From Marinicella sp. (lineage in GTDB: Bacteria; Pseudomonadota; Gammaproteobacteria; Xanthomonadales; Marinicellaceae), in assembly GCA_965230295.1 (NCBI GenBank), contig OZ246001.1:2432001-2496000 (forward strand): DNA of 64,000 bases. The letters run 5' to 3'. The first letter of the stretch is position 1. Each line of letters opens with the position of its first letter. The position numbers and the translations under genes were made by a program. The notes beneath the pieces are model-generated. The model did no database searches. It worked only from the letters and a program-made list of their open reading frames with translations, and was not told where the DNA came from. Below, piece by piece: positions 10,648-20,056 of the stretch.

Positions 10648-11301
10648 ATGAGGGTTTTGATTGCAGGGATTTTAATTTCCATGGCCGGCACTGTTCTTTA
10701 CGCACAAAGTAAACCAGAGTCTGAATTGGCTTCACAGGAGGTACCGGAACAGAAATTTCAAGCCGGTGTGCACTATGAACTGCTCAGTCCAGCATGGGAA
10801 AGTGCTGAAAAAGAGGCTGTGGTTTATGAGTTCTTCAGCTACATGTGCCCAGGTTGTAATGCTTTTGAACCTTATATGGAACAACTGCAAGGCAGAATGA
10901 ATGAGTCACAAAAGATCATCAGGGTACCTGTGGCTTTTTATCCGCAATGGGAACCACACGCCAAGGCTTTTCATGCATTAAAAATGATGGATGAGCTTGA
11001 TCGCGTTCATAAAGCTTTGTTTGCTGCGATTCATCAATACAAAAAACCGTTGCGAACTTTAGAGGATTTGGCTGCTTGGCTGTCTGACTCGTTTGGGATT
11101 GATGAGCAGAAGTTTTTAGCAACAGCCAAATCATTTGCGGTTGACAGTCAAATGCGCAGAAGCAAAAAAATGGCACAAGCCATGGGCGTTGGCAGGGTGC
11201 CAACACTGGTGGTCAACGGCCAATATAAACCCAGCTTTGATACATTAAAAACACCTGACAATATTCTGGCGGCGACTGTCAATCTGCTCGAACAAAAGTA
11301 A
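10648..11301 (+). CDS. dsbA: Second DsbA-family thiol:disulfide oxidoreductase
   Basis: EFFSYMCPGC, RVPT; clear paralog of 9770..10519. Confidence 0.85.
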   Translation: MRVLIAGILISMAGTVLYAQSKPESELASQEVPEQKFQAGVHYELLSPAWESAEKEAVVYEFFSYMCPGCNAFEPYMEQLQGRMNESQKIIRVPVAFYPQWEPHAKAFHALKMMDELDRVHKALFAAIHQYKKPLRTLEDLAAWLSDSFGIDEQKFLATAKSFAVDSQMRRSKKMAQAMGVGRVPTLVVNGQYKPSFDTLKTPDNILAATVNLLEQK

Positions 11302-11367
11302 CGGCCCTCATCATCAGTTCAGTTACAATACAGAATCAAGGGTGACTGAAAAATACGGAGATGATGA

Positions 11368-11958
11368 ATGAAAAAATTAACTGTTTGGATAGCAGGCTTG
11401 CTGTTAATAAGCAGCCAATGTCTGGCATCGGGTTTGGTGTCACCTGACAGCGTGGTCAAAGGTGATGATGTTACCGATGCCCAATATGTCGATATGGATG
11501 AATTCTGTCAAGCCAATCCCTGCCGCAAAAATGTTCACTTTTTATTAAGGACTGAACAGGGCAAGATTGATCAGAAAGCAGCTGTTTACTGGCCAGTGGT
11601 GCAGGGTGACAAGATTTCATTGTTGGCCGGAGAAAAAATATTCATAGAAGCCAAGGTGGTGAACAAGCAGTTAACAGATTACGTTGCAGTGGCCAACTCA
11701 CAACAAGCCATTTCATTTGATTTGTCACAAAATGAAGACAACTTAGGCATGATGCTGGTGGTTAAGAACCCATTTGAATTTCCGATCAAGGTCAGTATCG
11801 ATATGATCGATTTTGAGGGCAACTTACATGAAACTTCAAGCTGTCCTGTCATTGCTGGCGGGTCGGTATTTGAAATGTGGCCACACCCCATTCCAGAAAT
11901 ACTGATTTCTGATGTCAGAAGGCTGGGTGAAGATGAAGGTATGAGCTGTGTGTACTGA
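11368..11958 (+). CDS. Secreted hypothetical protein (Cys-containing)
   Basis: GGAG RBS, signal peptide, 196 aa. Confidence 0.7.
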   Translation: MKKLTVWIAGLLLISSQCLASGLVSPDSVVKGDDVTDAQYVDMDEFCQANPCRKNVHFLLRTEQGKIDQKAAVYWPVVQGDKISLLAGEKIFIEAKVVNKQLTDYVAVANSQQAISFDLSQNEDNLGMMLVVKNPFEFPIKVSIDMIDFEGNLHETSSCPVIAGGSVFEMWPHPIPEILISDVRRLGEDEGMSCVY

Positions 11959-11963
11959 TAGAA

Positions 11964-12003
11964 ACCAACCCTTGATACTGGTCAAATAACAGCAAGGGTT
12001 GGT
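11964..12003. terminator. Hairpin between convergent genes, probable bidirectional terminator
   Basis: ACCAACCCTTG ... CAAGGGTTGGT, an 11-bp inverted repeat. Confidence 0.6.
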
Positions 12004-12021
12004 GTTTTCAATGGATCGTGC

Positions 12022-13026
12022 TTAAAATGCCTTTTGCCACCCGATTGTGAAACTGTTTGTTGACTTCATTTGGGTGCCTGCCAAATCTTGTATGATCGGG
12101 CGGCTGAACTCAATTGCCAGCCGGTGACCATTGGTCCAATTGTTGGCGTTTGACACGTAATTCAAACCCAGATTTAAGGTGAGCCAATCACCGCCACTGT
12201 TATTGGCATCGGCGGTGGGTGTCATGTTGGTCATCATCATCAAGCGTGCGTCACTGCCTTTGATGCTTTGTCGGTTTTTCGCCTCGAGTCTACCGGATAG
12301 GCTCCAGGATTGTGTCATGGGCTTGGCCACCCAAAAGTTGATTTTATTTTCATGGCCCAGCCGGTAATCTTGGGAATTCTCGCCAGTTCTAATGGTGCTC
12401 AGCCATTGGGCACCCATGCTGATTTCATCACTGTATTGGTTCCATGTCAGGCCAACATTCATGTCATAAGTTCCTGAACCTAAACGCATGGGGTAGGGCA
12501 GCAGTGAGTCGGGCCCCATGGGTGTGTTGTCTCTTGGGTTGATGCTGCCTGTTGGTATGCTGATACCTATGTTGAGGTGCAGGTGATTGTTTTTCCAATT
12601 GTTCAATCCAACCAATGCACTGATGTGGCTGTCACCCACACCATCCGATTGTGTTCGGAAGCGATTGCCCATGCGATTTTGTATCAACATGTCTTGGCGG
12701 TGATAATTCAACATGGCCATTAAAGTGATTTTATCGGTGGGTGCATACATGGCACCAAGCATGTGCATTTCCATGTCCATGTTCACAGGTACCAACATAA
12801 AATCCTGTAAGGCTGATGTGGTTGTGAGGTCTTTGGTTCCCTGCCTTAAACCTAACATTGACATGTTCATGTAACGGTAGGAGAACATCCAGTCATCTTG
12901 CTGGTGGGTATGGTCACCCATGACACCTATGGGTGCATGTGAAATGGCCCAATGTGTTTGCTGTTGATCTGCCAAAGTGAGTTGCGCAACAGACAGCGCC
13001 AATCCTATAGAGAAAAGTTTTTTCAT
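12022..13026 (-). CDS. Outer-membrane beta-barrel 'transporter' family protein, Met/His-rich (possible metal uptake)
   Basis: Signal peptide, HAPIGVMGDH motif, MDMEMHMLGAMYAP, amphipathic strands and a C-terminal Phe. Confidence 0.75.
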   Translation of the reverse strand: MKKLFSIGLALSVAQLTLADQQQTHWAISHAPIGVMGDHTHQQDDWMFSYRYMNMSMLGLRQGTKDLTTTSALQDFMLVPVNMDMEMHMLGAMYAPTDKITLMAMLNYHRQDMLIQNRMGNRFRTQSDGVGDSHISALVGLNNWKNNHLHLNIGISIPTGSINPRDNTPMGPDSLLPYPMRLGSGTYDMNVGLTWNQYSDEISMGAQWLSTIRTGENSQDYRLGHENKINFWVAKPMTQSWSLSGRLEAKNRQSIKGSDARLMMMTNMTPTADANNSGGDWLTLNLGLNYVSNANNWTNGHRLAIEFSRPIIQDLAGTQMKSTNSFTIGWQKAF

Positions 13027-13089
13027 GGTTTGTCGATATCATCGGTATTGATTGGCCCGCATTGTAGGTTTTTTTATTGGTTTTGTACC

Positions 13090-13106
13090 TGTGACAAATT
13101 GTCGCA
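13090..13106. promoter_or_regulatory. RegA/PrrA-type binding box
   Basis: TGTGACAAATTGTCGCA fits the YGCGRCR-N-WWGNCGC-type RegA/PrrA/RegR consensus and lies between the barrel gene and the divergent regB-regA. Confidence 0.7.
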
Positions 13107-13199
13107 GGCGTGGTATTTGCTGAATTTATCTGTATACTTAGCACCTAAGTGCACCCTTAACAAAATTTCCACTGGATTCACAGCCTCAGACCACTTGTC

Positions 13200-14372
13200 A
13201 TGAATAACTTATTCTTCTACAGACTCGCCATCATAACCGGGCAAGTGGCGTTGATGATTGTCAATGTCTTTTGGCCTTTGTGGTCACCGGTAAATGTGAT
13301 TTTGTGGTTGGCTTGTGTGGGCTACTTCAGTACCCTCATATTTGTTCAAATAGGCCTGAAGAATCAATCTGATGAGGTGCATCAGAAATCAAGCTTTCTG
13401 TTGTTGGATCTGTTGATGTGGGGGCTGTTTTTTTATTTTTTGAATGGTGTCAGCAATCCGCTGATTTGGTGTTTGTTGATTCCATCGGTGCTCAGTGCAT
13501 TAAGTCAACAGGTTTCATTCACATGGTTGCTAACATTGTTAGCCAACGTCACCTATTTGTTGTTGTGGTGGCTGACGCCTGCTGAATCAATACATGCCGG
13601 TCATGGCGATTCAATGCAGCAACACATCACCGGCATGTGGCTGGGATTCATCGCGGTGTCTTTTTTACTGACATGGGCAACCACCACCTTGATGCAACGC
13701 CTGGATGCCAAGAATGAATCCATAATAAATTTTGAAAAGCAGCAGCAAGCCGATCAGAACATAATGAAGATGGCAACCTTAGCGACCAGTCTGGCACATG
13801 AGTTGGGTACACCATTGGCCAGCATTAAACTGTTGGTAGAAGAGCTGAAACATGGATTGAGTTCACCGCAACAAATCCAAGATCTAGAGGTTTTGGACTC
13901 ACAAGTGATGCGTTGTAAAGCGGTGTTGGCCGAATTAACAGCTGTCACTGAAAAGAGTCATTTGGATGATGCCAAATTACAACCTGTCATTGAATTCATC
14001 AATGAAATCGTCCAAGCATCGACCAGTGTGCATGGCGTTCTGAAGGTGATAGAAAACCAGGCTGGAAAAGTTTTGATCAGGGTGGATTCATTGTTGCATT
14101 TAGCCTGTCTTAATGTGTTGAATAATGCAGTGTCTGCCGGCGCTGAAAAAATCACCATCATACTGTCTGATGAAACAACACATGTCCGAATCAGTATCAC
14201 TGATGATGGCGCAGGGAAGGCCCACCGCAATGCTGACGGGCTGGGGATAGGTCTGGAGCTGACCACCAGAATCGTTAAATCTATCGGTGGCAGCCTGTCA
14301 TTTAACCGGGGTGAATCCGGAGCCCGGTGTTTACTTGATATTCCATCAGTAAAGGGTGGTGGACATGCCTAA
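13200..14372 (+). CDS. regB: RegB/PrrB-family redox sensor histidine kinase
   Basis: Multi-TM N-terminus with GVSNPL (quinone-site-like GGxxNPF), HITGMW, H-box AHELGTPL, redox Cys in QVMRCK, DDGAG and GLGIGL. Confidence 0.82.
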   Translation: MNNLFFYRLAIITGQVALMIVNVFWPLWSPVNVILWLACVGYFSTLIFVQIGLKNQSDEVHQKSSFLLLDLLMWGLFFYFLNGVSNPLIWCLLIPSVLSALSQQVSFTWLLTLLANVTYLLLWWLTPAESIHAGHGDSMQQHITGMWLGFIAVSFLLTWATTTLMQRLDAKNESIINFEKQQQADQNIMKMATLATSLAHELGTPLASIKLLVEELKHGLSSPQQIQDLEVLDSQVMRCKAVLAELTAVTEKSHLDDAKLQPVIEFINEIVQASTSVHGVLKVIENQAGKVLIRVDSLLHLACLNVLNNAVSAGAEKITIILSDETTHVRISITDDGAGKAHRNADGLGIGLELTTRIVKSIGGSLSFNRGESGARCLLDIPSVKGGGHA

Positions 14373-14895
14373 ACGACTCTTGATTGTGGATGATGATGCG
14401 ATCTTGCGTTACAGTTTGGTGCGCGCCTTTTCACGATACGGGTTTGAAATGTTTGAAGCTGGGTCCATGAGTGAAGCACAACAAAACATCAAAAAGCATG
14501 ACATTCAATGGGTGGTTTTAGACCTCAAGCTGGGTAGTGAATCAGGCTTGGCAGTGGCCCAATGGATGCTTCAGGAAAAGCAGGACATACAAATTGTCAT
14601 CATTACTGGTTATGCCTCAGTCAGCACTGCGGTTGAAGCCATCAAGATTGGTGTGAAGAACTACTTAATCAAGCCCACCAGCGTAGAGGACATCATCCAG
14701 GCTTTTGAAAGTCATGAACTCAATGCCCATCAATCGATCAAGCAACAACCGATGTCACCCAAACGTTTAGAGTGGGAACACATTCAAAAAGTACTGCTTG
14801 AATACAATGGCAATGTTTCGCAAGCTGCACGCGCATTGAATATGCACCGTCGGACCTTGCAACGAAAACTGCAAAAAAAACCGGTAAAGGATTGA
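14365..14895 (+). CDS. regA: RegA/PrrA-family response regulator
   Basis: Receiver domain plus LEWEHIQKVL...NVSQAARALNMHRRTLQRKLQK Fis-type HTH; ATG at 14365 preferred. Confidence 0.9.
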   Translation: MPKRLLIVDDDAILRYSLVRAFSRYGFEMFEAGSMSEAQQNIKKHDIQWVVLDLKLGSESGLAVAQWMLQEKQDIQIVIITGYASVSTAVEAIKIGVKNYLIKPTSVEDIIQAFESHELNAHQSIKQQPMSPKRLEWEHIQKVLLEYNGNVSQAARALNMHRRTLQRKLQKKPVKD

Positions 14896-15228
14896 ATAAA
14901 GAGCCCCGCGAATTTCACTGATAAAAGGAGCCAAATACCATGCGAAAGCGTACCTGGCTCTGAGGTGAAAAGTTGCTGATCAGTGACTGAAAGGGAATGG
15001 GGTGCCAATACAGACACAGGTGTAATACCAAACGATGTCAGGTTGGTTTCTACCACCTTGGTCGTTCCAAGGGCCGATCCAGTCTGTGTATGGATGACAT
15101 ACTTGCTCTTGACAATGTCCAGTGCCCAACGAACACCAGCCATTGAACGAACAAGTTTTTTAAGGACAGGGTGCAGGTTGTCCATTGGTGAAGGCAATGA
15201 CAACAGGCCTCAAACGATGAAAAATAAA

Positions 15229-17289
15229 CTAACCCAAATTGCGTTGAATGGAATTGATGTGTTGCAGACTGGATAAGCGACTCATGACCTCGCTTAAATG
15301 GTCGAAATCTTTGATTTGAATTGAGATGTTGATGTTGACCAAGCCCGCTTCTAAATCAGGTTCGGCGTTGAGGGCCATGATATCGACTTTTAAATGGGCC
15401 AGTAACGCACTGATGTCTTTGATCACGTGCTTGCGGTTATTGGCGATTATCAACAAAGCAGTGACCGTATCTTCACTGACATCATCACCCCACTTGACAT
15501 TAACCAGGCGATTTGGTTGTTCAGAAATCATATGTAGGTAATTGTCACAACTGGCCTGGTGAACGCTGATGCCCCGGGTTCGGGTAATGAATCCGCCAAT
15601 GACATCACCATGTACCGGGTTGCAACAACTGGCCAGTGTGGTTTTCAGAGAATCAACGCCTTCCACAATCAAACCGCCTGAGTATTGAGTTGATTTGGCT
15701 TTCTTGGGTACTGCTTTTTGCGCGAATTTTTTGACCGGATGCAGTTGTAAATCGGCCCGTCTGAGCACCTGATTAACCGTGATGTCACCGGTGGCAATCA
15801 TCGCATAGAGTTTGTCTGTGTGCTGTAAGTTGAATGACTCCAATAGTTTTTGCATGTCGGCATTTTGTAAAGCAAACTTGTTCAGCTCTGCTTCCAGCAA
15901 TTCTTTACCTATCTGTAAGTTTTTATCAAAATCGTTTTCACGGAACCAATGTCTGACTTTGGCTCTGGCCCTGGCACTTTGCAAATAACCTGATTGCTCA
16001 TGTAGCCAGTCTCTGGATGGTTTGGCCAGTTTGGCTGTCAATACTTCGATTTGATCGCCGGTATTCAAAGCCCGGGTCAGCGGAACGATAGAACCATTCA
16101 CTTTGGCGCCGCGACAACGGTGACCTACCTCTGTGTGCACTTGATAGGCGAAATCCACTGGGGTTGAGCCAAAGGGTAAATCGATCACATCACCGGTGGG
16201 AGTGAATACATAAATGCGTTCTTCTTGTGTATCGGACTGAAAAGCATCCAGTAAGTCATCTGCAGCCGCATGTTCGGTCAGTAGCTGGCGCATCCAATTC
16301 ACTTTGTTGTCATAGCTTTGGTCTTGTTTTGAGCCGTCTTTATAACGCCAATGCGCGGCCACACCCAATTCAGCATGTTCATGCATTTCATGCGTTCTAA
16401 TTTGGACTTCCAGGGTTTTGCCATCAACCACCACAACGGTATGTAAGGATTGATAATTGTTGCCTTTAGGTTGGGCGATGTAGTCGTCAAACTCTTTGGG
16501 TATATGTGACCAGGTGCCATGTACGATGCCCAAAGTGGCATAACAATCTGCCACCGTATCCACCAATACGCGAATGGCACGGATGTCAAACAAACCTTCA
16601 AACTCCAGGTTTTTCTTCTGCATTTTCTTGAATATGCTGTAGATGTGTTTGGGGCGGCCAGCAATGTCTGCCACGATGTTGTTGTTTTTCAGTTCTTCAG
16701 TCAGTTTGATTGAACAGGCTTGGATAAACTGCTCACGGTCATTGCGCTTTTCTGCCAATTTCTTGGCAATTTTTTTGTATTTTTCTCCTTGTAAGAACCG
16801 GAACGACAAATCTTCAAGTTCCCATTTGATTTGCCACACGCCCAGTCGGTTAGCTAAAGCTGCATGATATGTCATCGTTGAAGTGGCCAACTGTTTCTGT
16901 AATTCTTCGCCATAGTCAACAGCAGCACGCATCAACACCAATTGCTCTGCCAATAATATCAACACCAATCTGACGTCGTTGATCATGGCAAACAACAACC
17001 GCCTCAGCCCTTCTGCATTATTGGATTTGGGTTTTAACAACCAATCTGCTTGATGAATCTTGATCAGGTCTTGCAGGGTTGACAGTTGTTTTTCAGTTGA
17101 TTCATCCTGAAATTGTTCCAGTTGTTTTTGCCCAGTTCTGATGGCATGGAACCAGGTGAACACCTGAATGATCTCTTCATCGGCTTGGAGGGCTTTAAGG
17201 ACTTCTGTGGTTTTTGTCAGGTGCGCATAAGAACAGTGGTCATCATCTAACCACAATGAATCGTTTGATTGTTGCACTGGTTCATTCAT
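15229..17289 (-). CDS. relA: (p)ppGpp synthetase RelA
   Basis: LANRLGVWQIKWELEDL, GRPKHIYSIFKKM, EFDDYI, EVQIRT, AAHWRYK, TGS, CC and ACT domains; degenerate HD domain as expected for RelA. Confidence 0.93.
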   Translation of the reverse strand: MNEPVQQSNDSLWLDDDHCSYAHLTKTTEVLKALQADEEIIQVFTWFHAIRTGQKQLEQFQDESTEKQLSTLQDLIKIHQADWLLKPKSNNAEGLRRLLFAMINDVRLVLILLAEQLVLMRAAVDYGEELQKQLATSTMTYHAALANRLGVWQIKWELEDLSFRFLQGEKYKKIAKKLAEKRNDREQFIQACSIKLTEELKNNNIVADIAGRPKHIYSIFKKMQKKNLEFEGLFDIRAIRVLVDTVADCYATLGIVHGTWSHIPKEFDDYIAQPKGNNYQSLHTVVVVDGKTLEVQIRTHEMHEHAELGVAAHWRYKDGSKQDQSYDNKVNWMRQLLTEHAAADDLLDAFQSDTQEERIYVFTPTGDVIDLPFGSTPVDFAYQVHTEVGHRCRGAKVNGSIVPLTRALNTGDQIEVLTAKLAKPSRDWLHEQSGYLQSARARAKVRHWFRENDFDKNLQIGKELLEAELNKFALQNADMQKLLESFNLQHTDKLYAMIATGDITVNQVLRRADLQLHPVKKFAQKAVPKKAKSTQYSGGLIVEGVDSLKTTLASCCNPVHGDVIGGFITRTRGISVHQASCDNYLHMISEQPNRLVNVKWGDDVSEDTVTALLIIANNRKHVIKDISALLAHLKVDIMALNAEPDLEAGLVNINISIQIKDFDHLSEVMSRLSSLQHINSIQRNLG

Positions 17290-17314
17290 TGTATTGGTGA
17301 CCTGATATAAAAAT

Positions 17315-17664
17315 GTTGAGTTGGTCTATAAGCCGGGTTCTGTTCGTTTTCACGTGGCAATCATTCATCTGGGTCTGACATTGCTGCCAGCCTCAAGCAA
17401 TCTACCCGGAAACAGTGCGGGCACACACCTATAGTTTCCCTATTTGATCTTGCTCCAGGTGGGGTTTACCATGCCGCCTTTGTTACCAAAGTCGCGGTGC
17501 GCTCTTACCGCACCATTTCACCCTTACCTTAAAATATTAAGGCGGTATATTTTCTGCTGCACTGGCCGTAGGCTTGCGCCTCCCGGACGTTATCCGGCAC
17601 CTTGCCCTGTGGAGCCCGGACTTTCCTCGGTGTGATATCACAACGCGATTGCCCGACCAACTCA
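17315..17664 (-). ncRNA. rnpB: RNase P RNA (type A)
   Basis: Minus strand reads GAGTTGGTCGGGCAATCGC...GAGGAAAGTCCGGGCTCC...GGTAAACCCCACCTGGAGCAAG...AGAACCCGGCTTATAGACCAACTC. Confidence 0.97.
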
Positions 17665-17688
17665 GTTGGGTATTATTGGGTCAAATGC

Positions 17689-17713
17689 GTTTAATTACAA
17701 CTTGTAATTAAAC
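17689..17713. promoter_or_regulatory. Perfect 12-bp palindrome between the divergent rnpB and S8 peptidase genes
   Basis: GTTTAATTACAA-C-TTGTAATTAAAC. Confidence 0.5.
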
Positions 17714-17745
17714 ATTAAATGAGCGGTGATTTCAGTTAGAATGTT

Positions 17746-20025
17746 ATGACTTTAAAACGGTCTTACCACACCGCCATGAAATACCATGTCCACTTCCCAC
17801 TCTTTGTTTGGTTTCTGTTGGCCAGTTTTCAACTACAGGGAGCTGAGGAACAATGGGTGAAAATCAATCACCCCAGTCTTGCCACCCAGGCAGCTTTATC
17901 TGACCAAGGTATACACTATGAAAATTTCATTTGGATCAACAAAGCTACACTCAGTGCAACCAATCTAGCCATCGAATCACAGGTGATCAATCAACCCTTC
18001 AGTTACAGGATAGATGACCAATGGCTGGATTTAAGCTTTACCAGACTGCCTCCCACACCTTGGTATTTGGGGGCACAGACCGTCGGAGAAGATTTTTATT
18101 TGGTACAGTTTGCCGGGCCTATCAAGTCAAGCTGGCTACGAAATGTCAAGGCACACCAAGTCAAGCTGATCAGTCCTTTGGCACCATTCTCATGGATTGT
18201 GTGGGGCAATCCTGGCCAATTGGAACATCTGGAACGTGAGAAGCAAGTCAGAAAGGTATATCCTTTTTTTCCTGCCTTTCGTGTTCAACGCGAAAACAGG
18301 TCATTACCTGATCAGGCCATACCGACCATGGCTCTGGTTTACCAGGGAATTCAGGCACAAATCATGATTCAACTACAAAAACTGGGTGTAGTGATTGAAC
18401 AGGTGAACCCCATCAACGACCAATTATCTGCCATCACTTTCACCGTCAAAGGTAATCAATACTTGAAATTGGCTCAAACCCCAGGGATATTAACTGTACA
18501 ACAAATTCATCAGGATGGAGGCGCTCGAGGAGAAATGAGTCAGCAGTCCATTGTAGGGAATTATGATGACAGCAACCAGGTTCAAACTGGATATGCCACT
18601 TGGCTTAGTGACACAGGATTGGATGGTTCTGGTGTCACAGTTGCAGTGGTAGATGGCGGTATTTATCAAAATCACCCTGATCTCAGTAATGTCATTCAAT
18701 GTGTGGGTGATGGTGACAGTTGTGCTGACAGCAATGATTCGCATGGCACCCATGTGGCAGGGGCCATCGGGGGTACTGGTGTGGCCAATTCACTGAATGC
18801 GGCAGGTTTTAACCGCGGTTTGGGTGTGGCCCCTGGTGTGCAAATCGTTGAACAGCTGTATGGTCCTTTGTTAGGCGGTGGCCCTGGTGGCATGGTTGCA
18901 GGAGGGATGCTGTCTATATATAAAGATTCAGCCACCAGTGGTGCTTTATTGAGTAACAATTCCTGGGGGCCAACTGGTACGCCACAAGGTTATGACATCC
19001 CCACCATGGAAGTGGATATGATCAGTCGGGATGCCAATCCTGATGAGCCAGGTAATCAACCTGTTTTGGCTGTTTGGTCCATCATGAATGGCAATGGTGA
19101 TCGCAATTCCGGATCATGTGCGCCTTCTTCATTGGGTTCACCTGATGAAGCCAAGAACTTGTTCGCGGTGGGTTCGACCAAATTACAAAATTCCAATGCA
19201 ACCCAGATCTCGGCAATCTTTGATGTGTCATCCAACAGTGCCCATGGCCCTGCTTGTGATGGGCGCCTGGTCCCGCATATTGTGGCCCCGGGTTGCCGCA
19301 CTGAGGCACCTGATAGCAGCACTGGATATGGTATGAAATGCGGAACATCTATGGCATCGCCTGTGATGTCAGGGTCGATTGCCTTGTTCTGGGAAAAATA
19401 CCGCTCCCGATATACAGTTGATCCAAGTCCTGCTTTAATCAAGGCTGTGTTCACCGCAGTGGCAGATAATTTAAATGGCCAGGATAATGCCGATGGTAAC
19501 CCCATTGGGCATGCACCAGATCGACAACAAGGTTGGGGTCGGGTAAACCTGGATGTGGTCATCAATTCATTTGCTGAATTTTGGTTCCATGACCAAGTCA
19601 CTGTATTCACCGATTCAGGACAGAACTGGCAACAAAGCGTTGCCCCCATCAATCCTGAACTACCCATCAGGGTGATGTTGGTTTGGACTGATGCACCTGG
19701 TGCTGGTTTAGGTGGCACCAACCCTGCATGGGTCAATGATCTGGATTTAACAGTTACCACAAATGTGGACTATTTGGGCAATCAATTTGGTTCAGACAGC
19801 TATTCAACCACCGGAGGATTGGCAGATGACAAGAACAATATGGAAGCGGTCTTTCTAACCGCTGATCAACACATGGGGCAGAAAATCGGCATTGAAGTGA
19901 TGGCCAGTAACATTGCTGCCGATGCATTGAACCCTTTCAATCCCGATGCACCACAACAGGATTTTGCTTTGGTCTGTTTTAACTGTTTTGATAACGACCT
20001 CATCTTTATGGATGGGTACGATTAA
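17746..20025 (+). CDS. Secreted subtilisin-like (S8) serine peptidase
   Basis: Catalytic VAVVDGG, HGTHVAG and GTSMASP; P-domain-like LVWTD.PG...VNDLDL; C-terminal DLIFMDGYD. True start may be the second Met. Confidence 0.9.
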   Translation: MTLKRSYHTAMKYHVHFPLFVWFLLASFQLQGAEEQWVKINHPSLATQAALSDQGIHYENFIWINKATLSATNLAIESQVINQPFSYRIDDQWLDLSFTRLPPTPWYLGAQTVGEDFYLVQFAGPIKSSWLRNVKAHQVKLISPLAPFSWIVWGNPGQLEHLEREKQVRKVYPFFPAFRVQRENRSLPDQAIPTMALVYQGIQAQIMIQLQKLGVVIEQVNPINDQLSAITFTVKGNQYLKLAQTPGILTVQQIHQDGGARGEMSQQSIVGNYDDSNQVQTGYATWLSDTGLDGSGVTVAVVDGGIYQNHPDLSNVIQCVGDGDSCADSNDSHGTHVAGAIGGTGVANSLNAAGFNRGLGVAPGVQIVEQLYGPLLGGGPGGMVAGGMLSIYKDSATSGALLSNNSWGPTGTPQGYDIPTMEVDMISRDANPDEPGNQPVLAVWSIMNGNGDRNSGSCAPSSLGSPDEAKNLFAVGSTKLQNSNATQISAIFDVSSNSAHGPACDGRLVPHIVAPGCRTEAPDSSTGYGMKCGTSMASPVMSGSIALFWEKYRSRYTVDPSPALIKAVFTAVADNLNGQDNADGNPIGHAPDRQQGWGRVNLDVVINSFAEFWFHDQVTVFTDSGQNWQQSVAPINPELPIRVMLVWTDAPGAGLGGTNPAWVNDLDLTVTTNVDYLGNQFGSDSYSTTGGLADDKNNMEAVFLTADQHMGQKIGIEVMASNIAADALNPFNPDAPQQDFALVCFNCFDNDLIFMDGYD

Positions 20026-20056
20026 TGGTCACCATTGGCCTTTGAACTGGGTTTGA

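Noticed and set aside
14784-15276. ORFs 14784..15203 (-) and 14983..15276 (+) as genes
   Set aside because: Both overlap well-supported genes, lack a clear RBS and show no recognisable motif.
16900-17289. Degenerate HD hydrolase domain of RelA as a novelty
   Set aside because: Expected for gammaproteobacterial RelA.
19056-19760. 234-aa antisense ORF and the many other short antisense ORFs in the track
   Set aside because: Shadow frames of well-supported genes on the opposite strand.
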